Positions 27,662 through 37,300 of a stretch of DNA of 64,000 nt are shown here, piece by piece; within the stretch, counting starts at the first letter, position 1; each line of letters starts with the position of its first letter. The notes beneath the pieces are model-generated. The model saw only the letters and a list, made by a program, of their open reading frames with translations. It had not been told where the DNA came from and did no database searches. Source of the stretch: Desulfobacteraceae bacterium UBA2174 (GTDB taxonomy: Bacteria > Desulfobacterota > Desulfobacteria > Desulfobacterales > UBA2174); contig DCWA01000019.1 in the NCBI GenBank assembly GCA_002327445.1, forward strand, positions 7,035 through 71,034, read 5' to 3'. The position numbers and the translations under genes were made by a program.

Positions 27662-28846
27662 TCAGGTCACCGGGCAGGCAAGATGGGACGGCCCCTTCCA
27701 GAACGGCGACATCTGACGCAGCCGTTCGATGATCGGCGGCAGCTTTTCTATCACCAGATCGACGTCGGCATCGGTGTTGAACACGCTGAGGCTGAAGCGG
27801 ATCGAGCCGTGGGCCCGGGTAAACGGGACGTTCATGGCGCGCAGCACGTGGCTGGGCTCCAGCGAACCGCTGGTACAGGCCGATCCGGAGGAGGCGCAGA
27901 TGCCGTACCGGTCCATCATGAGCAGGATCGCTTCCCCCTCCACCGCGTCGAAGCCGATGCTAGTGGTGTTGGGCAGGCGGTTGTCCCGGTCGCCGTTGAC
28001 ATAGGTATCCGGCACCCGTGCGAGCAGTTCGCTCTCCAGTCGGTCCCGCAGCCCCTTGACGCGGGTGTTTTCCTCTTCCATCCGTTCGGCCACGAACTTC
28101 GCTGCCCGGCCCAGACCCACGATGTTGGCGGTGTTTTCGGTGCCGGCACGCCTGCCGTGCTCCTGGTGGCCGCCGTGCAAAAAAGGTGAAAAAGGGGTTT
28201 TATCGCGTACATAGAGCGCGCCGATCCCCTTGGGCCCGTGAAGTTTATGCCCCGAGAGCGACAGCATGTGGATGCGGCTGCGGCTCATGTCGATGGGCAC
28301 CTTGCCCACGGCCTGCACCGCATCGGTGTGAAACAGCACCCCGCGTTCGTGGCAAAGGGCGGCGAGCTCTTCCACGGGAAATATCGTTCCGGTTTCGTTG
28401 TTGGCCCACATGAAACTGGCGACGGCGGTGTCTTCGCTGAGGTGCTTCTTGAAGTATTCCATGTCCAGGCGGCCATCGGCATCCACCGGAACGAAGGTGA
28501 CCCGGTAGCCGTTTTGCGCCAGCCATTCGGCCAGGTTCTTCACGGCCGGGTGCTCCACCCGACTGGTGAGGAGATGACGGCGTTCAGGGCGGGTGCGCAG
28601 GGCCGACCAGATCGCCGTGCTGTCGCTTTCGGTGCCGCAACTCGTAAAGACGATCTCACCCGGCTTGGCCCCGAGGAGTTCGGCGAGATTGGCGCGCGCC
28701 TGGCGCAAGTCGGCGGCCACATCGCCGCCAAAAGCATGCATGCTCGATGGGTTGCCGTAGCGTTCACCGAAGTAGGGGAGCATGGCCTCGATCACTTCGG
28801 GCGCTACACGGGTGGTGGCGTTGTTGTCCAGATAGATCGGGTTCAT
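27662..28846 (-). CDS. nifS: Cysteine desulfurase NifS
   Basis: MNPIYLDNNATTRV...SLSGHKLHGPKGIGALY (PLP-Lys), ...SSGSACTSG (active Cys). ATG at 28846. The 501-aa track ORF is over-extended. Confidence 0.9.
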   Translation of the reverse strand: MNPIYLDNNATTRVAPEVIEAMLPYFGERYGNPSSMHAFGGDVAADLRQARANLAELLGAKPGEIVFTSCGTESDSTAIWSALRTRPERRHLLTSRVEHPAVKNLAEWLAQNGYRVTFVPVDADGRLDMEYFKKHLSEDTAVASFMWANNETGTIFPVEELAALCHERGVLFHTDAVQAVGKVPIDMSRSRIHMLSLSGHKLHGPKGIGALYVRDKTPFSPFLHGGHQEHGRRAGTENTANIVGLGRAAKFVAERMEEENTRVKGLRDRLESELLARVPDTYVNGDRDNRLPNTTSIGFDAVEGEAILLMMDRYGICASSGSACTSGSLEPSHVLRAMNVPFTRAHGSIRFSLSVFNTDADVDLVIEKLPPIIERLRQMSPFWKGPSHLACPVT

Positions 28847-29670
28847 GAAGGTACCTCCTCCACCACCAGTTCCGGGGTGACCGTCTCGCGCAGGCGAGCT
28901 TCGACGAAGTCTTTCAAAGTCGCCTGGCTCAGCTTGCAGGTGGCGCAGGCACCGCGCAGCTTGATCAGCACCTGGTTGCCGTCCACGTCCACCAGCTGGA
29001 TGTCCCCCCCGTCCTTCTTGAGCGCCGGCCGGATCTCGGTTTCCAGGGTTTCCTCGATGCGCCGGATTTTTTGAATGTTGGTCATGGCCGGCGGCTTTTT
29101 TACCGGCTCGGGCAACCCGAGGGTCTCCCAGATGATCTCCTGGATCTTTTCGTGGCAGTTGCCGCATGCCCCGCCGGCCTTCAGGTAGTCGGTAACATCT
29201 TCAATGGTCTTGAGCTTGTGCTCGGCCACCGCCTCGCGAATCTGAACGTCGGTGACCCCGAAGCACTCGCATACCACCTGCCCCTCTGCCTTGCGGTCCG
29301 GCTCGCCCAGGTAGCAGGATATGGCCTTTTCCAGTGCGTCGCGGCCCATCACCGAGCAGTGCATCTTTTCCTTTGGCAGGCCGCCAAGGTACTCGGCGAT
29401 GTGGTCGTTGGTGATCTGGCGCGCCTCCTCCAAGGTCTTTCCCTTGACCATCTCGGTCAGGGCCGAGGACGAGGCGATGGCGCTGGCGCAGCCGAAGGTC
29501 TGGAACTTGGCGTCCTGGATACGTTGATGATCATCGAGTTTGAGATATAAGGTCAAGGCATCGCCGCAGGCCAGCGAACCGACTTCGCCGACGGCATCCG
29601 CATCTTCCATCTTGCCCACGTTGCGTGGATTGAGAAAATGGTCTTTGACTTTATCGGTATAGTCCCACAT
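28843..29670 (-). CDS. nifU: NifU Fe-S cluster scaffold (three-domain)
   Basis: MWDYTDKVKDHFLNPRNVG..GSLACGDA...FGCASAIASSS..., central CECF...GGACGNC, C-terminal NifU domain GACATC. Confidence 0.9.
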   Translation of the reverse strand: MWDYTDKVKDHFLNPRNVGKMEDADAVGEVGSLACGDALTLYLKLDDHQRIQDAKFQTFGCASAIASSSALTEMVKGKTLEEARQITNDHIAEYLGGLPKEKMHCSVMGRDALEKAISCYLGEPDRKAEGQVVCECFGVTDVQIREAVAEHKLKTIEDVTDYLKAGGACGNCHEKIQEIIWETLGLPEPVKKPPAMTNIQKIRRIEETLETEIRPALKKDGGDIQLVDVDGNQVLIKLRGACATCKLSQATLKDFVEARLRETVTPELVVEEVPS

Positions 29671-29846
29671 GGCATGTCCCCCCTGATGCGGCAAGACCCG
29701 GGAGATCTCCGCAGGTCTCCCGGCATGCTTCCCGGATTTGCGGTTGGTTCTTGCTCCGGTGTATCATAATCATCATTGTCTGAAAGGAAACCGACCGGCA
29801 AGGGCGGGTCTTCCCGTATCTCAATCATGTACCAGAGGAGGCGATC

Positions 29847-30698
29847 ATGAACGTACGCAAACCGGTGTTTGCCGGTAGCTGGTATCCGGCCACGGCGGAA
29901 GAGTGCCGCCGCCAGATCGAGATCTTCCTCCGGGATCCGGCGATCAAGGCTCCGGCTCCAGGACGCCGGGTGGGAGGGATCGTCCCCCATGCCGGCTGGT
30001 TCTATTCGGGGGCGGTGGCCTGCAACGTGATCCACCGACTGGCACAAGGGGAGGCACCGGACACGGTAGTGGTTTACGGAATGCACCTGCATCCGGATTC
30101 CCCCTGCCACATCATGGCGGAAGGCGGGTGGGAAACCCCCTTCGGGGTGATCGAGATCGACGCTGAACTCGCCGGCCAGCTCACCGCCGAGTTCAATTTC
30201 GTGGTGGAAACGGCCCGGCGCTTCGTCCAGGACAACACCATCGAACTCCAGCTCCCTTTCATCCGTCACTTCTTCGGCGATGTCAGGCTGCTGCCCATGG
30301 GCGTGCCGCCGGCGGCCGCCACGCTGACCCTGGCGCGCCGGGTGGCGGCCAAGGCGGCCGCGCTGGGCCGGCGCATCAAGGTTGTCGGTTCCACCGACCT
30401 GACCCATTACGGCGCCAATTACGGTTTCGCGCCCCGGGGGAGCGGGCCGGCGGCCCTGGCCTGGGTGAGGGATGAAAACGATCGGCGCATCGTGGATGCC
30501 ATGTTGCGTCTGGAGCCCGACGCGGTGATCCGGGAGGCCTTGACGCACCACAATGCCTGCTGCGCCGGTGCGGCGGCCGCGGCCATCGAAACCGGGCGGC
30601 GCCTCGGGGCCGAGGCCGCCCATCTGTTGGCCTACACCACCAGTTACGAAAAAAGTCCGGGGCCGAGCTTCGTGGGGTATGCCGGTCTTGTTTTCTGA
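29847..30698 (+). CDS. Memo-like protein (AmmeMemoRadiSam system protein B family)
   Basis: MNVRKPVFAGSWYPATAEE...GGIVPHAGWFYSG...STDLTHYG...NACCAG. Confidence 0.8.
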   Translation: MNVRKPVFAGSWYPATAEECRRQIEIFLRDPAIKAPAPGRRVGGIVPHAGWFYSGAVACNVIHRLAQGEAPDTVVVYGMHLHPDSPCHIMAEGGWETPFGVIEIDAELAGQLTAEFNFVVETARRFVQDNTIELQLPFIRHFFGDVRLLPMGVPPAAATLTLARRVAAKAAALGRRIKVVGSTDLTHYGANYGFAPRGSGPAALAWVRDENDRRIVDAMLRLEPDAVIREALTHHNACCAGAAAAAIETGRRLGAEAAHLLAYTTSYEKSPGPSFVGYAGLVF

Positions 30699-30774
30699 CG
30701 GCCCGCAACGCGTGTTGCGGGCCGCCAGAAATGGTTGCGGTTTTCCCGCGGCCGGTCATGTCTGTCGGATCAAA

Positions 30775-31266
30775 CTACTTCTTGGATTCTCCTGCGCCTT
30801 GTTGAAGGATTTTGTGGCGGGTATCCAGGTACTCGGGTTTGGCCTCGATGGCGATGGCCTGGTCGATCCACCGGCGCGCCTGGTCGTAGCGTTTCTGCTG
30901 CATCCGCACGAAGGCCAGATTGTTCATGCTGTCGCTGTGGTCGGGTTTTCTTTCCAAGCTGCGCCGGTAGTGCAGGGCCGCCTTGTCCAGTTGCCCCTTC
31001 TGGTAATAAACATTACCCAGATTGAAATAGGGTAGATACCAGTCCTTGTCCTTTTGGATTGCCTTTTTGTATTCTTTCTCCGCCAGTTCCAAGTTGCCCC
31101 GGGTTTCATAGGAGAATCCCAGGTCGTTGTGGTCGGCGGCCGTGAGCGAATCCTCGACCACATGGATCCCGAGCATGGCGCATCCCGTCATGCACAGGAG
31201 AGCCGTTGCGATGCACCATGATCTCAGGGATGAACGATCAGGTATGGGTTGCCCAGGCGCTGCCAT
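30775..31266 (-). CDS. TPR-repeat lipoprotein
   Basis: Signal/lipobox ...ATALLCMTGC, followed by TPR-like repeats (LGFSYETRGNLELAEKEYKKAIQKD..., YFNLGNVYYQKGQLDKAALHYRRSL). Overlaps the upstream gene by 43 nt, so the start is uncertain. Confidence 0.65.
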   Translation of the reverse strand: MAAPGQPIPDRSSLRSWCIATALLCMTGCAMLGIHVVEDSLTAADHNDLGFSYETRGNLELAEKEYKKAIQKDKDWYLPYFNLGNVYYQKGQLDKAALHYRRSLERKPDHSDSMNNLAFVRMQQKRYDQARRWIDQAIAIEAKPEYLDTRHKILQQGAGESKK

Positions 31267-31724
31267 TTTTTCTCGAAGGTTTCATGGTCGACCAGGACCG
31301 AGGCATCGGTTCCGTCGTGGACGATGACCCCTTTTTCATTGAAACCGACAACAACGACATAGTGGGGGCGGCTGGCCAGCCAGACCCCGTCGTCGATGAG
31401 AACGATCACCGGTTTTCCGTCCCGGATGCTTTTTTTGATCAGGTCCAGGTCGCCTTGGCCGGATTCGGTTATAAATCCCAATCTTGCGGCATAGTTTTCA
31501 AGGTCGGGCAGCAGGGCGCCCCGCAGGGTTTCGTTGTAGACCTCCTGGCTGATCTGACGAGAGGGGACGAACCGCTCGTAGTAAGCAAAGACGGTGGCCA
31601 GGGCCGCGGCGCCGCACTGATGCCGCTGCTGCTCGAAAAAAGGCACCCCCTCGATGATTTCCGCTCCCGGGGGGCTCGTCCAGCCAAGCCAAAACAGGAC
31701 CGCCAGCAGGCAAGTTTTTTTCAA
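31224..31724 (-). CDS. Secreted C39-like cysteine peptidase (PA2778-family-like)
   Basis: Signal peptide MKKTCLLAVLFWLG. VPFFEQQRHQCGAAALATVFAYY is a C39-type Q...C nucleophile context. ...HYVVVVGF... is the His region. Confidence 0.65.
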   Translation of the reverse strand: MKKTCLLAVLFWLGWTSPPGAEIIEGVPFFEQQRHQCGAAALATVFAYYERFVPSRQISQEVYNETLRGALLPDLENYAARLGFITESGQGDLDLIKKSIRDGKPVIVLIDDGVWLASRPHYVVVVGFNEKGVIVHDGTDASVLVDHETFEKKWQRLGNPYLIVHP

Positions 31725-31731
31725 ATGTGGG

Positions 31732-32127
31732 CTACCGGATGATGATTTCTTTGTTCAGCAGTTTCATGATCACGATGACCAGCAGGATGATGACCAGGAC
31801 CCCGATCACCACCCCGATCCCATTGCCGCCGGCGAGCACATTGTCCGAGGCCTGGGCCAGCATATGGATCTGATCGTCGCTCATTTGGGAAAGCTTGCTC
31901 TGGATCTCGGCGGGGTTCATGCCGCAGGCGACGAGCTTGTCGGTGACGACTTTCTGCTCCAGGGCGTTCTGGATTTTTTCGATTTCCACCATTCGCAGCG
32001 ATCCGGACGGAGACCCGTTGGACAGGCTGGAGCTCATCAGGCCAGCGGCGGCAGGCGAGGTCCACAGGCACATCAGGTAGACAGCGATTCCCAGGGCCAG
32101 GGTGGCGTTGCGAAAATTCTTCAGCAT
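31732..32127 (-). CDS. Small secreted/C-terminally anchored protein (PA2779-family-like)
   Basis: Signal peptide ...LWTSPAAA, a helical middle, a VLAGG motif, and then a single C-terminal TM helix NGIGVVIGVLVIILLVIVIM. Confidence 0.55.
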   Translation of the reverse strand: MLKNFRNATLALGIAVYLMCLWTSPAAAGLMSSSLSNGSPSGSLRMVEIEKIQNALEQKVVTDKLVACGMNPAEIQSKLSQMSDDQIHMLAQASDNVLAGGNGIGVVIGVLVIILLVIVIMKLLNKEIIIR

Positions 32128-32223
32128 GAGCCAATTCTCCCTTTTTTTGGCGGTTCAATATGTCGTTTCTTCGATACGATTTCATATGTCAAAATTTTAA
32201 GCGCCTGTCAATTTGCGTGTTAA

Positions 32224-32511
32224 GGGGAATATTGGCTGCTTAACCGCGTAGCGGCAGGGGCCAAACCGGAAACGGGAGGCGACAATGATCAAGGTGGTTT
32301 TCGACGAGGCATTCTACTCGGTTTCGATCATCACCTCCAGGACTGGGGCCGGCTGCTGGCCACCGAGGATTACGCCCGCATCGGCCGCTTGGTGCGCAGT
32401 GCGGCGCTGCGCTGCGGCGGCGGATGTTTTGCCGTGCTGGAGGGTGGTTACAACCACAGCGTGCTGGGCTACAACGTGCAGGCGCTGCTTCAGGGGCTCC
32501 AATCGGTCTGA
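32224..32511 (+). pseudogene. C-terminal remnant of a histone-deacetylase-family (HDAC/AcuC-like) gene
   Basis: The frame ending at the TGA at 32509-32511 reads ...GILLGFDHHLQDWGRLLATEDYARIGRLV...GGGCFAVLEGGYNHSVLGYNVQALLQGL*. There is no start codon and no N-terminal catalytic domain. Confidence 0.6.
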
Positions 32512-32533
32512 TTGCCTGAGGCTAAACGGCGCC

Positions 32534-34372
32534 TCAATCTGGCGGGCGGTGTTGCGGCTGCTGCCACAGCTTTTCCGCCAGGCCGGAGGCCCGCTCGGCG
32601 CTGCGGGCCGCCGCCTTGCGGATCAAACCAACGGGGCCGCGGATTTCGATATGCCGCCGGGCGCGGGTGGCGGCGGTGTAGAGCAGCTCCCGGGAGAGGA
32701 CCTGCACGTCGTGATCGGGCAGCAGCAGCAGGACCCGGTCGAATTCCGACCCCTGGGCCTTGTGCACGGTAATGGCAAAGGCGGTTTCGTGCGCCGGCAG
32801 ACGGCCGGGGGAGATTTTTTTCAATTCGCCGTCCGCCTGCCGGAACCAGGCGCGCAGCACACCGTCGGCCGGGTCGGGCCAGAGAATGCCGATGTCGCCG
32901 TTGAATACGCCAAGCTGATAGTCGTTACGGCTGACCAGGATCGGCCGCCCCTGGTACATGCCGCCTGGTTCCACCGCCAGCCCGGCCGCTTTTAGCCCCA
33001 TTTCGATGCGGCGGTTGGTTTCCACCACGCCGGCGGCACCTTCGCGGGTGGCGCAGAGAATGGCGAAATCTTCCAGGCAGGCCAGGGCGCGGGCGGGATC
33101 GACGGCCTTGAAGATGGCGCCAAAGGCGCTGATGGCTGCCTCCGGCGTTTTCATCGGGGCGGCCGGGTCCGGGGCGACATGGGTCACATCCCCCATGCCG
33201 GCCTCGAAAACCGGCATCGGGTCGGCGCCGGCGCGCACGGCACGGGCCAGGGCGCCGATGCCGCTGCGGGAACCGAAACGGTAGCTTCTTTCCAGGAGCG
33301 CCAGGCAGTCCCCCAGGGCGGTGGCCGCCGGATCCGCCGGGCCGTCGTAGGCGGCGCAGCGCTTCAGCAGGGCGCACAGGGCCGGGCTGTATCCGCGGCC
33401 GGGTTTGGCGCACAGGTCCGCGAAGACGTTGCCGGCTTCCACCGAGGCAAGCTGGTCCTTGTCGCCGAGCAGGATGAGCCGGGCGTGGTCCGGCAGGGCG
33501 GCCACGGTCCGGCTCATCAGGGGCAGATCGATCATGGACGCCTCGTCGATCACCAGCAGGTCCAGGTGCAGCGGGTGGTCCGGCCCATGACCGGGGTTGG
33601 CCCGGCCCGGTCGAACCCGGATCAACCGGTGAAGGGTCATGGCTTCGGTGGGGATGGCCGCCCGGACTTCGGCGGTTACCGGCAGTCCCTCCCGGGCCTT
33701 GCGAATGGATTCGGTGAGGCGGGCCGCGGCCTTGCCGGTGGGGGCCGCCAGCACCATCCGCGGAAAAGGCGGCCCGGCCAACTCGGCGATAAGCGCCAGG
33801 ATGACCGCCACGGTGTGGGTCTTGCCCGTGCCGGGGCCGCCGGAGACGATGCACAGGCGGCGCAGGGCCGCCAGGGCCGCGGCGGTTTTCTGGTCGTCGG
33901 ATTCTCCTGCTGCGATGGCTGCCGGGAACAGGCGATTCAGCGCCGCTTCGAGCCGGCCGATGTCCACGGGCACCGGGGCCGACGCCAGCCGGTGCAGCGC
34001 ATCGGCCAGGGTCTTCTCGAAATGCCAGTAGCGGGCGAGGTAGAGCCGGGTTCCGTCGAGGACAAGGAGGCGGTCGGGCCTCTCCGGAGTCCCCACGGCG
34101 GCGGAGGCGCGCAGGGCATCGATCCAGGGCTTCAGATCCGGGGCTGGCAGACCGTCTTCGGCCTCCGGGGTGGCAAAGAGCCGCTGGCCGGCGAAACGGG
34201 ACAGTTCCACACACACGTCGCCTTCCCCGAGCCGCTGGCTGGCCAGGGCCGCGGCCAGGGTCGGCGGCCCGGCGGCATCTCCGGAAAGCACCCCGATCCA
34301 CCGGGCGAAATGCCGGTCCAGGTCCCGCAGGGTGTTGAGGGATTGCATCGCTTCCAGCATGCCAGTGGTCAT
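32534..34372 (-). CDS. recD: Exodeoxyribonuclease V alpha subunit RecD
   Basis: ATG at 34372 overlaps the recB stop (ATGA). ...CIVSGGPGTGKTHTV (Walker A), LLVIDEASMID, ...AITVHKAQGSEF. Confidence 0.9.
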   Translation of the reverse strand: MTTGMLEAMQSLNTLRDLDRHFARWIGVLSGDAAGPPTLAAALASQRLGEGDVCVELSRFAGQRLFATPEAEDGLPAPDLKPWIDALRASAAVGTPERPDRLLVLDGTRLYLARYWHFEKTLADALHRLASAPVPVDIGRLEAALNRLFPAAIAAGESDDQKTAAALAALRRLCIVSGGPGTGKTHTVAVILALIAELAGPPFPRMVLAAPTGKAAARLTESIRKAREGLPVTAEVRAAIPTEAMTLHRLIRVRPGRANPGHGPDHPLHLDLLVIDEASMIDLPLMSRTVAALPDHARLILLGDKDQLASVEAGNVFADLCAKPGRGYSPALCALLKRCAAYDGPADPAATALGDCLALLERSYRFGSRSGIGALARAVRAGADPMPVFEAGMGDVTHVAPDPAAPMKTPEAAISAFGAIFKAVDPARALACLEDFAILCATREGAAGVVETNRRIEMGLKAAGLAVEPGGMYQGRPILVSRNDYQLGVFNGDIGILWPDPADGVLRAWFRQADGELKKISPGRLPAHETAFAITVHKAQGSEFDRVLLLLPDHDVQVLSRELLYTAATRARRHIEIRGPVGLIRKAAARSAERASGLAEKLWQQPQHRPPD

Positions 34373-37300
34373 CGCCGATCCCCGGGTTCGGTATTGCCGG
34401 CGAACATCCGGTCCAGGGCCTCTACCAGGGCCGGCTCCGGCCGGTGGGAAAAAACGCCCCGAGACGGCCCGTGGTCCGGGTGCATGCCGCGGAGAAACAG
34501 ATAGTACACCCCGCCGAAGTGGTCCGAGTAGCGGTAGCCGGGCAGGCGGCAGGCCAGGTAGCGGTGCAAGGCCACGGTGTACAACAGGTACTGCAGGTCG
34601 TAGCGGTGAGCGGCCATGGCCTCCCCGATTTGCCGCGGGCCATAGTCCTGGAGGTGGTCGCCCAGGTGGTTGGACTTGTAATCGGCGATGTAGTAGCGGC
34701 CCCGGTGGCGGAAGACCAGATCGATGAAGCCTTTCATCAGACCCTTCACCGGGTCGAAGTGCAGCCCTTGTCCCGCGCTGCGATGACCGGCGAAATCCGC
34801 CAGGACGCCGGCCAGGCGGGTCGGCTCCAGGCGGGCCAGGGGGAAGTGGAATTCCATCTCGTCGAGCCGGTCGGGGCGGCAGATGGCGCGCAGGCGCAAT
34901 CCATCGGCGTCCAGGGGGGTGTCCAGGGTTCGGCGCACGATTTCCGCGGCAACCGGCTGCCAGCCGTCGCCGATGGCATGGCGGGCCAGTTGTCGCTGGA
35001 CGGCTTCGGCCAGGGCCGGCCCTTCGGCGGTGGGGAAATCGATGTTTTCCAGCAGTTCGTGGAGGCACTGGCCTGCCACGGTGCCGCGGGGAAACCGAAA
35101 GACGGCGTCCACTGGCGCGGAGGGGGTCTCGGCTGTCTCTGGCGATGGTTCGGGATCATGGTCCGGTCGCTCCACGTCCCTGCCGGCCAGCAGGCCCGAG
35201 TAGCTGGTCAACCGCCAGTCGCCGGCGATACGGCCGGTAAACGGCCGCGCGGCATAGTTTTTTTCGTCCTGGGACGGCAGTCCGATTTCGGGTGCGGGTT
35301 CCTCTGGCGCGGGTTTGACCTGGATGGCACCGCCGGCCCCGGCGGCCAGCGTCTCCAAGCGCGCCCGGATCTCCTCCTCGGCCAGATCTCTCATGAGGCT
35401 TCGGGGCGGGTCTTGTCCGGAGTCCGGGTGCAGGAGCCAGGCCAGGGCCGAGTGCTCGGCGTTGTTGATGCGGCCCCAGGTGAGGACGCACAGGTGCCGG
35501 GCCCGGGTCACGGCGACGTAGAGCAGCCGCAGCCGTTCGGCCAGGTCTTCGGCGGCGGCCATTGCCTGGTGGGCCTCGATGCGGTCGGAGCCCAGGTCCA
35601 GGATCACCGGGTAAGGGGGTTCCGGGGCATGGAACACCACCGGGCCGCGGCCCGCCATGCCGCCTGCCCAGGGAAAGGGGATGAAGACCACCGGGTATTC
35701 CAACCCCTTGCTCTTGTGGATGGTCACGATCTGCACCAGGGCTTCGTCGCTTTCCAGGCGCAGCAGCCGCTCATCGTCGGCGCCGGGGTCGCAGCGCTGG
35801 TCGGCCAGCCAGCGCAGGAGCCGCTGGGGTCCGGTGAACTGCCGGGAGGCGGCCTGGAGCAGCTCTCCCAGGTGCAGCAGGTTGGTCAGCCGCCGTTCGC
35901 CGTCCGGATCCGTCTGGCATCGCTCCAGGATTTTCTCGCCTTCGATGAGCGCGAAAAAGGCCCGCTGGAACCCGCGATGCAGCCAGAGGTCCCGGTAGGC
36001 GTGGAACCGGCTGAGGACCGCTTCCCGCGGCTGCATTTGGTCATCGAGGGCCAGGATCTCCTCGGCGGGCCATACGAGCAGCGCACTGGCCAAGGCGGCT
36101 TTGAAACGGCCCTCGTTGCCGGGGTCGCTCACCGCCATGAGCACCTGCTGGAGGGCTTCGGCCTCAGGGGTATCGAAGACGCTTTGCTGGCTGAGACTGA
36201 CGCTGGCAATTCCCCTCTCGCGCAGGGCGCGCTGCATCCAGAGGCCGTCACTGTGGCTGCGGACCAGCACCGCGATGTCGCCGGCTTGCAGAGGAACATC
36301 TCCCAGCACGGCCCGCCCCCGGGCCGACAGAGCCAGCAGGCGGGCGATCTGGGTGGCGCAGACGGCGGCGGCCGCCTCCCGGGCGGCATCGGCGGTGATG
36401 GCGCCGTTTCGTGTCAGGGTCCGTCCCCGGGTTTCGAGAAACCAGAAGGACAGCGGCGTCGGGACCTGACCGGCGAGTTTCAGCGGCCGGTCGTCGGCGC
36501 GGGGGCCGGCGCTCACCGGGAGAAAAGGGATGTGTCGATCGTAGACAAACGGCCGCTGGGCAGCGGAAAAGAGGTGGTTTACCGCCGCCACCAGGCGGGT
36601 GGCCGAACGCCAGTTGGTGCCCAGGGTAAAGCAGCGTCGGGCGCCGGCGTCGTTCTTGGCCTGCATGTAGGTGAAAATGTCGGCGCCGCGGAAGCTGTAG
36701 ATCGCCTGTTTGGGATCGCCGATGAGGAAAAGCCCGGATTGGTCGCACTGGCGATAGATTTGTTGAAATATTCGGTACTGCAGCGGATCGGTGTCCTGGA
36801 ACTCGTCGATGAGGGCCGCGGGGAATCGTTCCCGGATGACGGCGGCCAGGGAGGGGCCTCCGTCGCCGGACAGCGCCTCGTCCACCAGCCGGAGCAGGTC
36901 GTCGAAACTCAGCACCTGCCGCTGCCGCTTGCGCTGGACCATCTCGGCGGCCAGGAACTCCCGTGCCGCGGCCAGCAGCGTGACCCTGCGCGCTTTCAAC
37001 GTCATCTCGAATGTCTTGGCAAAAGCGGCGCAGCGGTCGAAAAAGGCGTGTGCCGGGACGGCTTCACCCGGCTTGGTCTGCGCTTTTAACTGGTCCGGGG
37101 TAAAGCGGGCCAGTTCGGCCGGCAGGGCCAGCGGCAGGTCTCCGGCGAGCAATTCGTCCATCGCGGCCACCGCTCGTCCCACCACCGGCTTGCTGTACGA
37201 ACGGCGGTTGAGCCCGCCACTGTTTTCCAGGATCTTCACTACTGCTTCACGATCCGTGGCCCACGCGGTTTTCAGACTCTCGAAAACCCCGGCCAGGGCG

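Noticed and set aside
30775-31724. TPR ORF and C39-like peptidase ORF as one frameshifted gene (they overlap by 43 nt)
   Set aside because: Each ORF has its own N-terminal signal (MKKTCLLAVLFWLG... and ...ALLCMTGC lipobox), which argues for two separate secreted proteins rather than a broken fusion.
34373-35068. N-terminal 232-codon extension of the recD ORF (track 32534-35068)
   Set aside because: The extension overlaps recB out of frame and is Pro/Arg/Gly-rich. RecD-like sequence starts at the ATG at 34372, which forms an ATGA overlap with the recB stop.
34444-37089. 881-aa plus-strand ORF
   Set aside because: Antisense to recB, which has helicase and nuclease motifs. No motifs of its own.
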